Source: an uncultured Nitrososphaeraceae archaeon (GTDB lineage Archaea > Thermoproteota > Nitrososphaeria > Nitrososphaerales > Nitrososphaeraceae). Taken from it: a DNA stretch of 64,000 nucleotides. A program made the position numbers and the translations under genes. The stretch covers positions 39,393-103,392 of the forward strand of contig CAVSLF010000014.1 in NCBI GenBank assembly GCA_963728595.1. The letters run 5' to 3'. Of the stretch, positions 34,782-44,718 are shown in pieces. Each line of letters starts with the position of its first letter. Position 1 is the first letter of the stretch. The notes under the pieces were generated by a model. It was not told the origin of the DNA, did no database searches, and saw only the letters and a program-made list of their open reading frames with translations.

Positions 34782-35223
34782 TTATGTGATAATCAATACC
34801 GTACAGGAGGAGCATTCGATGACACCAAATGTAACTCTGCCAAGCATCATTTTCTTTGGTGTTGAAATTTCTACATTACCGAAAACAATTAAGATTAGCC
34901 TCATTCTTCTCTGCATACTCGGCGATAGCAGTTACGATGGATGCCGGAGTAACGATGACTTCAGATTTGAAGTCTACACACTGACTTTCAGTATGTCTTT
35001 AATGTTAGTGAAAAATACTTTCGAATTCAGATCTCTCATCATCTAGGATAGCGTAAACGGAGCTGGCATCTGATCTACTCCCTCGTAAAACAAATACCTG
35101 AATTACAAAAGATGTGCAAAGTTCCTTACCGCTAGCACACGATGGCACAATTAATTGCATTGATGGAAGTTGTGTGATATCAATAGCTAAAAGTATTGTG
35201 GAGGGGAGTTGAACATGTCGCAA
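34782..35223 (-). pseudogene. universal stress protein (UspA family) pseudogene
   Basis: Fragments TILLAID, ASIVTAIAEYAEKNE, LIVFG...KKMMLGRVTFGVIECSSCTVLII in different frames with stops. Confidence 0.75.
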
Positions 35224-35406
35224 TACGGGTATAGAACATAATTATAATTATTCCAGTGGAAAAACCGACGGTACTTTGACACATCGCTTGCATACTAGTT
35301 AAAAAACACTCTTGTCATTTGCTGAGTCTACTATTTTGACTATGTGCATGACTATTATCAATACCATTGACGTAGGACTTATATTTTGGTTATCGGTTGT
35401 GTTGGT

Positions 35407-36081
35407 ATGGCAAAGGGCGCCAAACGAGGCGGCAGAGTTAGGGATAAGTGGCGAGATAAACAGTGGTTAATAGTAAATGCCCCTCATGCCTTTGGAGGTA
35501 ACCATCTTAATTATATTCCAATAACCAATCCCGAAACTGCAAAGGGAAGAGTAATTGAAAATACCATGTATGATATACTAAAGCAGGATCCGAACCAACA
35601 TCAAATAAAGGTCTTTATGGAAATAGACAAGATAGAACAAGGAATAGCGACGACATTATTCAAAGGGCATGAATACGCCAAGGAATTTCTTAGGAGTTTG
35701 GTAAGGCGTGGAAGTTCAATGGTAAACTACGTTGAAGATTATACCACATCAGATGGGTATACATTCAGGGTGGCGACTGTGGCGTTCAGTCAAAGAAGAT
35801 TAAATTCTTCAAAGAAGCACCAGTTAAGAATAATATCGCATCAACTCTTGTCTGAGCAAATGCCAAAATTAACGGTTGAACAATTTATCGAAGATGTTAC
35901 GAAAGGAAAATTGAGCATGGATCTTCTCACCGCTTGCAAGAAAGTAGCTTCATTACGTCATGTAGGAATCAAGAAGAGCAAATTGATATCTACACCTGAA
36001 TCCCGTGCTATGCAGGGCACAAAGTTGTTCAAAGATAACATTGTTGATAAGGAAGAGAATATACAAGAAACTCCATCTTGA
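35407..36081 (+). CDS. rps3ae: 30S ribosomal protein S3Ae (eS1)
   Basis: RVRDKWRDKQW, FKGHEYAKEFLRSLVRRGSS. Confidence 0.95.
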   Translation: MAKGAKRGGRVRDKWRDKQWLIVNAPHAFGGNHLNYIPITNPETAKGRVIENTMYDILKQDPNQHQIKVFMEIDKIEQGIATTLFKGHEYAKEFLRSLVRRGSSMVNYVEDYTTSDGYTFRVATVAFSQRRLNSSKKHQLRIISHQLLSEQMPKLTVEQFIEDVTKGKLSMDLLTACKKVASLRHVGIKKSKLISTPESRAMQGTKLFKDNIVDKEENIQETPS

Positions 36082-36092
36082 CCTTTTGAAGC

Positions 36093-36548
36093 ATGAATAA
36101 TGATACGCGAGATCCTCTTGAGATAGACGGGGCAACTATCAGCGTTGTCATTCATGCTACCGAAGACAAGGACAAAGTGATATCTAAAATCGTAAAAGTA
36201 TTCTCTCTTAATTCTGCTAGGTTTCAGGAATTTAATACAAGAGGCCATTGGGGGAATCAGATCGTTCTGTTGAACCTTAGCTTGGGACAGACACATGCCG
36301 GCAAAATAATAAAGACAATATATGCTTCATTAGGTGATAATAACAAAACCGCCTTCTTAAGCTCGCTCGAGCAGTCAATCGACGAGAAATATAATCTGTA
36401 TATACGGATAGATAAACAGAGTATTTGTAGAGAAGAAATATCTTTGTCAGATCAAGATTCAATTAAAATTAAATTTAGGCCATCTAAAAAATTTAGACAA
36501 AGTAATAAATCTGAGACTTACAGGGATTTGCTATTATCAGAGCAATAG
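36093..36548 (+). CDS. predicted RNA-binding protein (exosome/RNase P superoperon family)
   Basis: VIHATEDKDKV, GHWGN, LYIRIDKQ. Confidence 0.85.
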   Translation: MNNDTRDPLEIDGATISVVIHATEDKDKVISKIVKVFSLNSARFQEFNTRGHWGNQIVLLNLSLGQTHAGKIIKTIYASLGDNNKTAFLSSLEQSIDEKYNLYIRIDKQSICREEISLSDQDSIKIKFRPSKKFRQSNKSETYRDLLLSEQ

Positions 36549-36589
36549 ATCTTGGAATAGATTTTGATAATATTGGAGAGGCTATTATA

Positions 36590-37090
36590 ATGGCTAGGAG
36601 ACTTAATATTGAAACCATAGGAGTGAAAAATACCCTAGACATAAATTCGAGTTGCGACGTCATATTGCGGGTAAAAAATAGATCTCCATTACAAGGTAAT
36701 TTTCGTCAATTGGTTGTTTGTGAAGATATATCCGGCGTTGGTAGCAAAACTGATGTTTTGACAATTCAGGATTTCTCGAGAATTCGTAATAATCTTATGA
36801 AGAAAATTAGGCCAAACTTGGGCTTAGAAATTTCTATTGCTGACGCCAGAAGGTTAGATGCAAACGCGTTAGGACGGTGGTTGTCGCAAGCTAAATATGT
36901 TTACCGACTTTGTAAATCAGCTCGATGTCAGTTCATTATTTCAAGTGGCGCTCAATCGATCTTCGGGATGGTATCATCCCGTACATTTGAATCCATCCTG
37001 ACAATGTTAAATATATCTCCTGCGAATTACTGGGCCGAATTATCGGCGTGGTTAGATTTAAAAGATACGGTAAGATCTTACGAATGTTAA
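36590..37090 (+). CDS. RNase P subunit Rpp30-like (short form)
   Basis: GLEIS...FIISSGA motif and position next to pop5. Confidence 0.7.
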   Translation: MARRLNIETIGVKNTLDINSSCDVILRVKNRSPLQGNFRQLVVCEDISGVGSKTDVLTIQDFSRIRNNLMKKIRPNLGLEISIADARRLDANALGRWLSQAKYVYRLCKSARCQFIISSGAQSIFGMVSSRTFESILTMLNISPANYWAELSAWLDLKDTVRSYEC

Positions 37091-37399
37091 GGAGAAAAAA
37101 TAAGCGTCGTTATCTTGCAGTACCTGTACGATCCGGATACATCTCCAACCCAAGTGAAGGGGGATATACAGGGACGTTTCATGGAACTTTTTGGAAGCTT
37201 AGCAGCCGAATTGGCATATTTAAGGATGTACCGTTCAAAACAAAATGGAATTCTGATTATAAGTTGTGATTTGGAGTATCTTGACGGATTCCTGTTTACG
37301 ATAGCAATGATGAAGCAGCCCATGACTGCTGTGCTGATGTCAGGAACTATAAAGAAGCTTCGGGAACGTCTGATTCAAAATGAAATTCATCTAAACTGA
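37084..37399 (+). CDS. pop5: RNase P subunit Pop5/Rpp14, +1 frameshift near 37122
   Basis: MLRRKNKRRYLAV + LYD...ELFG...ILIISCD...MSGTIKKLR. Confidence 0.8.
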
Positions 37400-37431
37400 A
37401 CGCTTAAAAATGCGATAGGAATTGTACCCCT

Positions 37432-37501
37432 GGGGATGAAGTGAGTATATGCTGCTCCAGTCTGAGTTTAATACGATGACGAACTCGCGACGAACTGACC
37501 C
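37432..37501 (+). ncRNA. candidate box C/D guide sRNA
   Basis: C GGGATGA (37433-39), D' CTGA (37462-65), C' ACGATGA (37473-79), D CTGA (37495-98), GGG/CCC ends, TTAAAAA ~22 nt upstream. Confidence 0.75.
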
Positions 37502-37674
37502 GAAAATAATAAATTATTTCACACTACGTCAAGCAGAAAACCAGCGGATTATCGACTACACAAATGAAACCATATCATAGCCTACATCTTTTCGAGGTAC
37601 AGTAGATAAGAAATCCAGATTTTATTTGGGCATTCGCATAGGTTAAATGTGATGCCAACTAATTTTAGATCCTT

Positions 37675-38556
37675 ATGGAATTATTATATGATTCCCCGTT
37701 ATATAGACCTCCTTCTGAGGCTAATTCATTGATCTTTCAAGTCACTTTGGGGTGTTCTTTCAACAAATGTTCCTTTTGCAACATGTACAGAACTAAAAAA
37801 TATGTTGAAAGATCGTGGGGAGAAATTAAAAATGAAATAGATCTAGTCCACGAATCACAGCCTGGCGCTAGCAGAATTTTTCTCGCCGATGGAGACGCAT
37901 TAAGTCTTCCTACTTCCAGATTAATCCAAATACTTGAGTATCTCCAAGGAAAATTCTCCAAATTGGAGCGGATATCTTGTTACGCTATGCCTAGAAATCT
38001 CATCCAAAAAAACCCGTCTGAGTTATCTCAATTGAGACGCGCAGGATTGAGTATGTTATATGTAGGGATAGAAACTGGGAGTGATTTGTTGCTCAAGAGG
38101 GTTACAAAAGGGGCTACATCGCGTGGAATAATTCAAGGATGCACTCGAGCCAAAGAATGTGGATTCACTCTTTCTTGCATGGTAATCTTGGGCCTGGGAG
38201 GAAAAAAATACACCCAAGATCATATAAAAGATACAGCCAGAGTATTGAGTGACATATCTCCACAATACCTTGGTGCACTAACGTTGATCTTGGAAGAAGG
38301 GATTTATGCCGAATTCATGACAAAATTCGGTGAAAAATTTGAACATCTAGATGATTTTGAGATACTCGATGAACTCCAAAGATTGATAGAGTTCTTGCAG
38401 CCAAATTCGCCAATTGTTTTCAGGGCAAACCATGCTTCAAACATATATTCTGTTGGAGGAACACTGCCTGAAGACAAGGGTAGATTGACGTCTTTAATAA
38501 TGGAATTAAGACAGCACCCGGAAATGCTAAAACCAAAGATATTGAGAAGGTTCTAA
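37675..38556 (+). CDS. radical SAM protein
   Basis: YRPPSEA, GCSFNKCSFC (CX3CX2C), FLADGD, RANHASN. Confidence 0.92.
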   Translation: MELLYDSPLYRPPSEANSLIFQVTLGCSFNKCSFCNMYRTKKYVERSWGEIKNEIDLVHESQPGASRIFLADGDALSLPTSRLIQILEYLQGKFSKLERISCYAMPRNLIQKNPSELSQLRRAGLSMLYVGIETGSDLLLKRVTKGATSRGIIQGCTRAKECGFTLSCMVILGLGGKKYTQDHIKDTARVLSDISPQYLGALTLILEEGIYAEFMTKFGEKFEHLDDFEILDELQRLIEFLQPNSPIVFRANHASNIYSVGGTLPEDKGRLTSLIMELRQHPEMLKPKILRRF

Positions 38557-38669
38557 CGATCAGAGAACTCCTACTAGTCCGGTGTATCCTCGTAGATTTC
38601 TTCTTGCAAGTACATTTCGCAGAAGGATTGTTTCACATAAGTCGCTTGTGACACATCACAGGCAACAGG

Positions 38670-39944
38670 TTATTTTGGTCTAATTTCAGAAATATCGGAC
38701 ATGTATTTGCGAAGGGCTTCTGGAATAATGACACCTCCATCAGCCGTTTGATAATTTTCGAGAATGGCGACCATTGTTCGTTCAGTGGCTACCAAAGTGC
38801 TATTGAGGGTATGTACAAACTGGGTCTCTTGATCTATCCTATCTCTGGACCGTATGCTTAACCTACGCGCCTGATACTCTTTGCAATTCGAGCAAGAAAC
38901 TATTTCTCTATAGGCGTCCTGTCCGGGCATCCATGCTTCCAAATCGTAAGTTTTTGATGAAATCTTGCCTGTATCTCCGCTGCATAACAGCATCACTCGA
39001 TAAGGCAGGTGGAGGTTCTGATAGAATTTTTCAGTAATGGATAACATTCTCTCATGCTCCGCATTAGAACTTTCTGGATTTGAATATACAAACTGTTCTA
39101 CCTTTTCAAACTGATGAACCCTGAAAATCCCTTTCATGTCCTTGCCATGAGCCCCCGCCTCCTTTCTAAAACATGGACTTAGACCACCGTACCTAATTGG
39201 CAGCTTCTTACCATCCAAGATTTCTTCCATATGCATGGACGCAATAGCGTGTTCCGAAGTTCCTATCATGTAAAGATCTTCTTGATCAATTTTGTAAATT
39301 ACATCCTGAAAATCGTTCAAGATCACTGCTCCCTTTATTGCATCTCCCCTTATCATGAATGGTGGTTGGATCAAAGTATAGCCATTTTCTGCAAGATAGT
39401 CCAGAGCATAATTGATTAATGCTTGATTTAACTTTACTAGATCATTTTTCAGAAAGTAAAATCTCGCACCGGCCACCTTTGCCGCGCGATCCAAATCAAG
39501 CAAACCAAGGGAGTTAGACAAGTCTACGTGATCTTGATACCTGAAGTTCTTTTTTTTAATGTCACCAAAAACTTTCACGAGAACGTTATCATCTGAATTC
39601 TTGCCGATGGGTACCGACTCGTCTAACAGATTGGGAACAGAAAAGATAAGCTCGTTAAATCTTATTTCGGTAGCGGACATTTGAAGATCTAAATTTCTTA
39701 GCTCGCTCCCAATTTCTTTCATTTCTAGAAGTTCATTGGATATTTGGTGTTTCTCCTTTTTTTTATCGGCGATTTGTTTAGAAAGGACGTTCTTTCTGTG
39801 CCTTAATTCCTGACTTTTGACTATTAAATCTCTCCTTTTCTTGTCTAAGTCTACTACATCATTTAAAGGGAACTCAACGTTCCTTTTTTCTAACATATCT
39901 CTTATAATTTGAGGGTTTTCCTTTAGTATTCGAGGATCAATCAT
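38670..39944 (-). CDS. serS: seryl-tRNA synthetase
   Basis: GTSE, FRKEAG, FRVHQFEKVE, EIVSCSNC, HTLNST. Confidence 0.98.
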   Translation of the reverse strand: MIDPRILKENPQIIRDMLEKRNVEFPLNDVVDLDKKRRDLIVKSQELRHRKNVLSKQIADKKKEKHQISNELLEMKEIGSELRNLDLQMSATEIRFNELIFSVPNLLDESVPIGKNSDDNVLVKVFGDIKKKNFRYQDHVDLSNSLGLLDLDRAAKVAGARFYFLKNDLVKLNQALINYALDYLAENGYTLIQPPFMIRGDAIKGAVILNDFQDVIYKIDQEDLYMIGTSEHAIASMHMEEILDGKKLPIRYGGLSPCFRKEAGAHGKDMKGIFRVHQFEKVEQFVYSNPESSNAEHERMLSITEKFYQNLHLPYRVMLLCSGDTGKISSKTYDLEAWMPGQDAYREIVSCSNCKEYQARRLSIRSRDRIDQETQFVHTLNSTLVATERTMVAILENYQTADGGVIIPEALRKYMSDISEIRPK

Positions 39945-40194
39945 TACGCAAAACCGCCTTTGCGATGGAAATATGTTCAAGGATTTCGTCCACTGTATTG
40001 ATTAGCGTTGCTATCCCGGAATGACAGGAAATCTTGATGACAAGAATTTTCCCATTTTCTTCCAGATCAACTGATAAGCCTAGTGGAGCTCCAATATTAT
40101 CTGGTTTTAAAGAATCCATTATTGCCTTCAATAATTTTCTACTCGCAAATGATATTTCCATCAGTATTGTAATTTCAAGATTCTTCTCTCTCAT
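39937..40194 (-). CDS. pcc1: KEOPS complex subunit Pcc1
   Basis: SLKPDN motif, size, conserved rps15-DHH-pcc1 context. Confidence 0.8.
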   Translation of the reverse strand: MREKNLEITILMEISFASRKLLKAIMDSLKPDNIGAPLGLSVDLEENGKILVIKISCHSGIATLINTVDEILEHISIAKAVLRND

Positions 40195-41611
40195 CAAATT
40201 TGGTAAACCTCCTAAAAATTGTAGTGAAATCGTCAATCTTTGAGAAGGGGACTATACATTCCGCACAGGAATCATTACCACTAGTGCTGCATCCTAATTC
40301 AGCAGATAACTGATTCAACATTAGACCCAGATCTTGTTTGAATTGGCATCCTCGTGACTTCCTTACGGAATACTTGTAACTGTCATTTATCGTTTCGGCT
40401 CTGACAATTAATATCTTGCCATAAAATTCGCTATAACTTGAAAGTAAAGATGATATAATATGAAAATTGTAATCTCTAGTTACATTGTCACCAATTACCC
40501 AGATATTTGTTCCATCATCAGAGATCCGCCATCTTTCTGACATTATTGCCTTTACAGAGTTCTTGATCTCTAGTTCAATATCAGCCAGACAATTATTTGC
40601 TTCTAATAGATCCTTATTTCTATTACCAGCGCATACTGCCAGACCAATACTTGGTTTGGATTTGACACAACAACATTCAAGCAAGAATGAAAATTCCTTG
40701 GCGTCTCTAAGAGGAGTACCTTCCTCTTCCTCAAGTAGCGTATAGGAAAATCCTGCGAGGAGATTCTCAAGATTCTGAGGTCCAGTCGTGGAATGTTCAT
40801 TAATATATTTTGTTAGTGCCTCAATTAAGACGAACTTCTCTTCCTGACTGGTTTCAGATGAAGTGCGCCAGCGTCCATTGACCTTCAACGGAATGCCTAC
40901 ACTTCTAATCAGTTCCAGACAATTCTTATCATTCCAAGTCAATCCGTGAATATACGGAAATAGCGTGTTCGCAAGAGAAAGATGTATTGGTTTAGAATCT
41001 CTCCACGTGAATAATATATCTATTTCAAGATTTACTGTGCCAAGCCCTACGCTTTCATCGCATAATTCGGAGTTCAGACCAACGAATGATCTCTTTTCTC
41101 CATTATCTTGGTTCTCACCTAACGCAGATACTATGGATAACGGTGATAACACTTGATATTTTTTATCCATCGCTTTTGCAATCAGGTATGAGATGCCGCC
41201 AGATGAAATCTCTGTATCACCATTAATGCCAAATTTCCAGGGATTTAATATGCTATTTTCATCGTCAGTGGTAATTTCTTCATTTGATATCTTATCGTGA
41301 TTAAGGGCTAGCCAGTTACCCCCAAATGAGTTTCTAAGTTCTTTGGACAAACCAACGCCCACATCCACAAAAACGTGGAATTCATGATCTTCACTCTGGG
41401 TTTTCAAAATAAATCCACGAGTAAGTTCGTGAACAAATCGTACAGAGCATCGACCGCCTGCGTTAAATATTGCAAATGTCAAAATACCTGCTGAGGTTAC
41501 ACCATCAGAGTTATTTCGAGCAATTATGCATATGTCTTTTCCGCCGCAGATTTGGGTTTTTAATTTTTCTGCCGATGTTGTTATGGTTCTATGAAATTCT
41601 TTGCGGCCCAT
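40175..41611 (-). CDS. DHH/RecJ-like (Cdc45/GAN-related) protein with degenerate catalytic motifs
   Basis: RNNSDG, VDVG, LNHD, LNPWKFGING; downstream of rps15. Confidence 0.8.
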   Translation of the reverse strand: MGRKEFHRTITTSAEKLKTQICGGKDICIIARNNSDGVTSAGILTFAIFNAGGRCSVRFVHELTRGFILKTQSEDHEFHVFVDVGVGLSKELRNSFGGNWLALNHDKISNEEITTDDENSILNPWKFGINGDTEISSGGISYLIAKAMDKKYQVLSPLSIVSALGENQDNGEKRSFVGLNSELCDESVGLGTVNLEIDILFTWRDSKPIHLSLANTLFPYIHGLTWNDKNCLELIRSVGIPLKVNGRWRTSSETSQEEKFVLIEALTKYINEHSTTGPQNLENLLAGFSYTLLEEEEGTPLRDAKEFSFLLECCCVKSKPSIGLAVCAGNRNKDLLEANNCLADIELEIKNSVKAIMSERWRISDDGTNIWVIGDNVTRDYNFHIISSLLSSYSEFYGKILIVRAETINDSYKYSVRKSRGCQFKQDLGLMLNQLSAELGCSTSGNDSCAECIVPFSKIDDFTTIFRRFTKFDEREES

Positions 41612-41619
41612 TTAACTGA

Positions 41620-42069
41620 TTATTCCAATTGAGCTATAATTGCAGCATACTTCCATTTCTTTTGTAATTTACCGATCCTCTTATAATATTTGGACAATCT
41701 GTGAATCTTAGCTTCTATTAACTCCAATGATCGGATATTTCTTCTGTCTGTGTTATGAGCTCTCAGATGTTTTTGAAGACCAAGAGCTTTTTTAACCAGT
41801 TGAGTCAGGTCTTCGGGCAATTCGGTGACAATATTATTGTCAGTAAGTATCTGCGTGATGCTCTTGCCTAGAATTTGTTTTGCAAGTGGAACTCCATGTA
41901 CATCTCTGAGTTTAGTGCCTATTTCACTTGGACTCAAACCGTCTTTTGAAAATTGAATTATTATCGAAGACAAATCAGACGGACTATTTGAGACCCAAGA
42001 AGGTAAATCGTGTGAGGAGGGACGAGTAGAATGAGATCTTCCGTGAGTATGGGCATGTATCCTTGCCAT
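41620..42069 (-). CDS. rps15: 30S ribosomal protein S15 (uS15)
   Basis: MARIH...GRSHSTRP, SPSEIG.KLRD.HG, LELIEAKIHRLSKYY. Confidence 0.97.
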   Translation of the reverse strand: MARIHAHTHGRSHSTRPSSHDLPSWVSNSPSDLSSIIIQFSKDGLSPSEIGTKLRDVHGVPLAKQILGKSITQILTDNNIVTELPEDLTQLVKKALGLQKHLRAHNTDRRNIRSLELIEAKIHRLSKYYKRIGKLQKKWKYAAIIAQLE

Positions 42070-42699
42070 CCATAATGCCATAAAATAACGCATATCTTAA
42101 TGTTACTTAGCATTATAGTTGCGACAAAATTTTAGACATTCTACCATTTATGAAATCTATCTATGTTGCTACAAATCTTGCTGAGGTTTTGATATAAGAA
42201 AAGTGTGGTATTTCTGTCTATTGTCTCTGTTGAAGTTGCAAATTACTTCATTGTGGATTGATTACCAAACACCAAGTATCTGCAAAGTGGAAACCTTTCT
42301 ACCGGCCGATAATAGTATACCTAGTCCATGTTGTGTTGGTGATTAAATGTATTTTCCGACATATCTTCTAATCTTTCTATGTGCACACTGGTGGGTTGAT
42401 TCTACAGTACAATTCCTCAATACTAGCACAAGTTGGTTAGGAATCGAGTTAAGAAAAAGTTTATTCTATTTATACTAATTAACCTTAATAATAAATACCA
42501 TTTCTACAAAGTGTTGGCATTTTAGAATGGGGCACATCAATTGTCTAGACTATCCGAAAACCGATCCTCTTTCTAAGAAATGTAACGTTAGTCTTATAGG
42601 AAGTATAATCCAAATCAGTTGAAAGTTAGAAGCATTCATCAATCTAGAAACCTTAGTGACATAAAGGTTAAATAATTGGGTTCGGCCATAGGGTATAGT

Positions 42700-43017
42700 A
42701 TGAATAAGCCAGTAATATTGGCTCTCGTGGCTGTAACAATGGTTATGGGAACTTTGATAGCACTACCTTTTTTTAAGCTAGTAAATGCGCAATACAGCGG
42801 AACAGGTGGAAATATAGAGGAGCAACTACAGTTAGCTAAAGAGAAGGTAACCAGCGCAAAATCAGCAGGTGCATATGGATCAGGTACCCCTATGTTGGGA
42901 GTTAATATAGATCAGACTGCTATATTCGTAGGAGTACTCGTGGCTATATTTGGTGGAGTTGCAGCAGCATTCTTTGCGATGAGTAGAAGTAAAAAATCAG
43001 TAGGCGCAACAAGCTAA
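42700..43017 (+). CDS. amoZ: probable ammonia monooxygenase accessory subunit AmoZ
   Basis: Signal peptide, EEQLQLA...GSGTP, C-terminal TM AIFGGVAAAFF; position in amo cluster; assignment from recalled family pattern and synteny. Confidence 0.7.
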   Translation: MNKPVILALVAVTMVMGTLIALPFFKLVNAQYSGTGGNIEEQLQLAKEKVTSAKSAGAYGSGTPMLGVNIDQTAIFVGVLVAIFGGVAAAFFAMSRSKKSVGATS

Positions 43018-43289
43018 TCATTCACCATTTTTTTGTTTTAATATTTTTAATTTTTGATACTTTGTGTCCATTATTTCTCTATTGTCGTGTAATTTGTGTG
43101 GGCATTGATTCCCCGATGGCATTTTCCGCTTAGTACATCATTTCAATCTGAATTTGATTGGCTAAGTGGTTTTCAACTCCATCGTTACTGTTTCGGGTTT
43201 ATTACTGAATGAGAAGCTTAATTCTTCTTCTGGGTTTAAGGTTAGAACAATAACCAAAATGTATATATCATAGCGTAGAGTTGCTAAAT

Positions 43290-43571
43290 ATGATGAGCGC
43301 TATTCTGGGACTTACGACAATGCTAACTAACGCATTTCATAACCTGATAGGTCAGATAGGTCCAGCATACGACCCCTTATTCTACGACGTAATGGTCTAC
43401 ATATTCGGTACAATGCTGTTTGCGGTGTTCCTGTTATCTGTGATTGCATTCTATTTGCGAAAGAAAGGTATCGGTGGTGGTTCCGCGAAGGAAAAGTGGG
43501 TAAGCGAACTGGACAAGTACTTTGATCGCGAGCAGATCGGATTAATTCCAGACGAATTGCATCACTGGTAG
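43290..43571 (+). CDS. amoY: probable ammonia monooxygenase accessory subunit AmoY
   Basis: Single TM, LRKKGIG, C-terminal HHW; between amoZ and amoB; assignment from synteny and recalled pattern. Confidence 0.7.
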   Translation: MMSAILGLTTMLTNAFHNLIGQIGPAYDPLFYDVMVYIFGTMLFAVFLLSVIAFYLRKKGIGGGSAKEKWVSELDKYFDREQIGLIPDELHHW

Positions 43572-43941
43572 CTGAAGGAAGAAATCAAAAATTCCCAATA
43601 CCTTCATTTGTCATAAATTCTATCTTTTCTTTTTTTCTTGATATGTCTCATTCGTCAACCTGTTATCGGTGGGCCATTTTAGTTGACCGGAATATTTGCG
43701 ACTTCTAAGTTTAAAAAACTATAAACTCATAATTCTTACAAGTCCATATTCTCATACACTTAAGACAACCGGTTCTTCATGGACTTCAATAATTTGCTTT
43801 TTGGCTCAGGCGAATTACTCAAGTATATCCAGTCCGTTTACAGAGATACTTATTACATGATACAACAGAATCTTTTCTTGTCATCTGTTTTGCTATGCTG
43901 TTTTGTCCCCAGTATATTATATTAAAATCTAATTCGTTGAT

Positions 43942-44100
43942 AGGGATCTTTACGGTTAGCATCCCTCCGTTCCTCCCTCGGAGCTCTTTTCCATGGATGC
44001 TGCACTACCCCCTACACTAGAGCAAAATTTCTAGGGTCTCTTGAAGAGGGAAAAACGAAGCATCGATGACTTCACTATGGGGATTCGGGTAGTGCTGTTA
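43942..44100 (+). ncRNA. candidate structured ncRNA in the AMO cluster
   Basis: GC-rich island with six compatible helices (including 7-bp and 9-bp perfect stems), G-U pairs favouring + strand, upstream TTATATTA. Confidence 0.6.
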
Positions 44101-44150
44101 TTGCTGAACTAAACAAAAATTGGGGATAAAAATAAGGGGTTTGGTTTTTC

Positions 44151-44718
44151 TTAGATTACTTGCCACGGTCTTGTTGCAAATGTGACTCCAAGTCCAGCGC
44201 CTATTAGTATGACCTGGTAAGCAACATTGCCCCATGGAACTGGCTTGAATATTGGTGCACCAGTCACTTGTACGGTCTGGCCAGGGCCTAATCCCGGACC
44301 TATATGCTCAAGGTTCAATTGGGTATGCACATGATATATGCCTGGCTCCAGTGCCTTTGCTGTGATCGAGTAAGGTATAGTTCCTTGAGCCGGTATATCA
44401 ATTATATTTCCTGGTGGATCTCTCGAAATGAATTCCCATCTATTCCCAGCATTGGTTGATTCACTGAACAGAGACAGCCAACCTCTTGCGGGTCTATTAA
44501 TAAGACTCTGAAGGGTACCGCTGACAGTGATGGTATCTCCTGTGTTTACAGTTTGTGCTGAAAATGTCTCATCTTGGATCCTAACGAATCTACTTTGAAG
44601 TTGCGCCTGCACACCGTGACCCTCTGCTCGAGGTGCTATAGATGCGACCGTAGATAGAATAATGACTGCCCCTATTAATACAATTATTGTTGTCTTAATT
44701 CCTGTCGTAACTCTACAC
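44151..44718 (-). CDS. amoB: ammonia monooxygenase subunit B
   Basis: Signal peptide then HGVQAQLQSRFV...WLSLFSES...YHVHTQ...FATRPWQVI; start ambiguous (ACG 44708, or GTG 44718 with a +1 indel). Confidence 0.96.
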
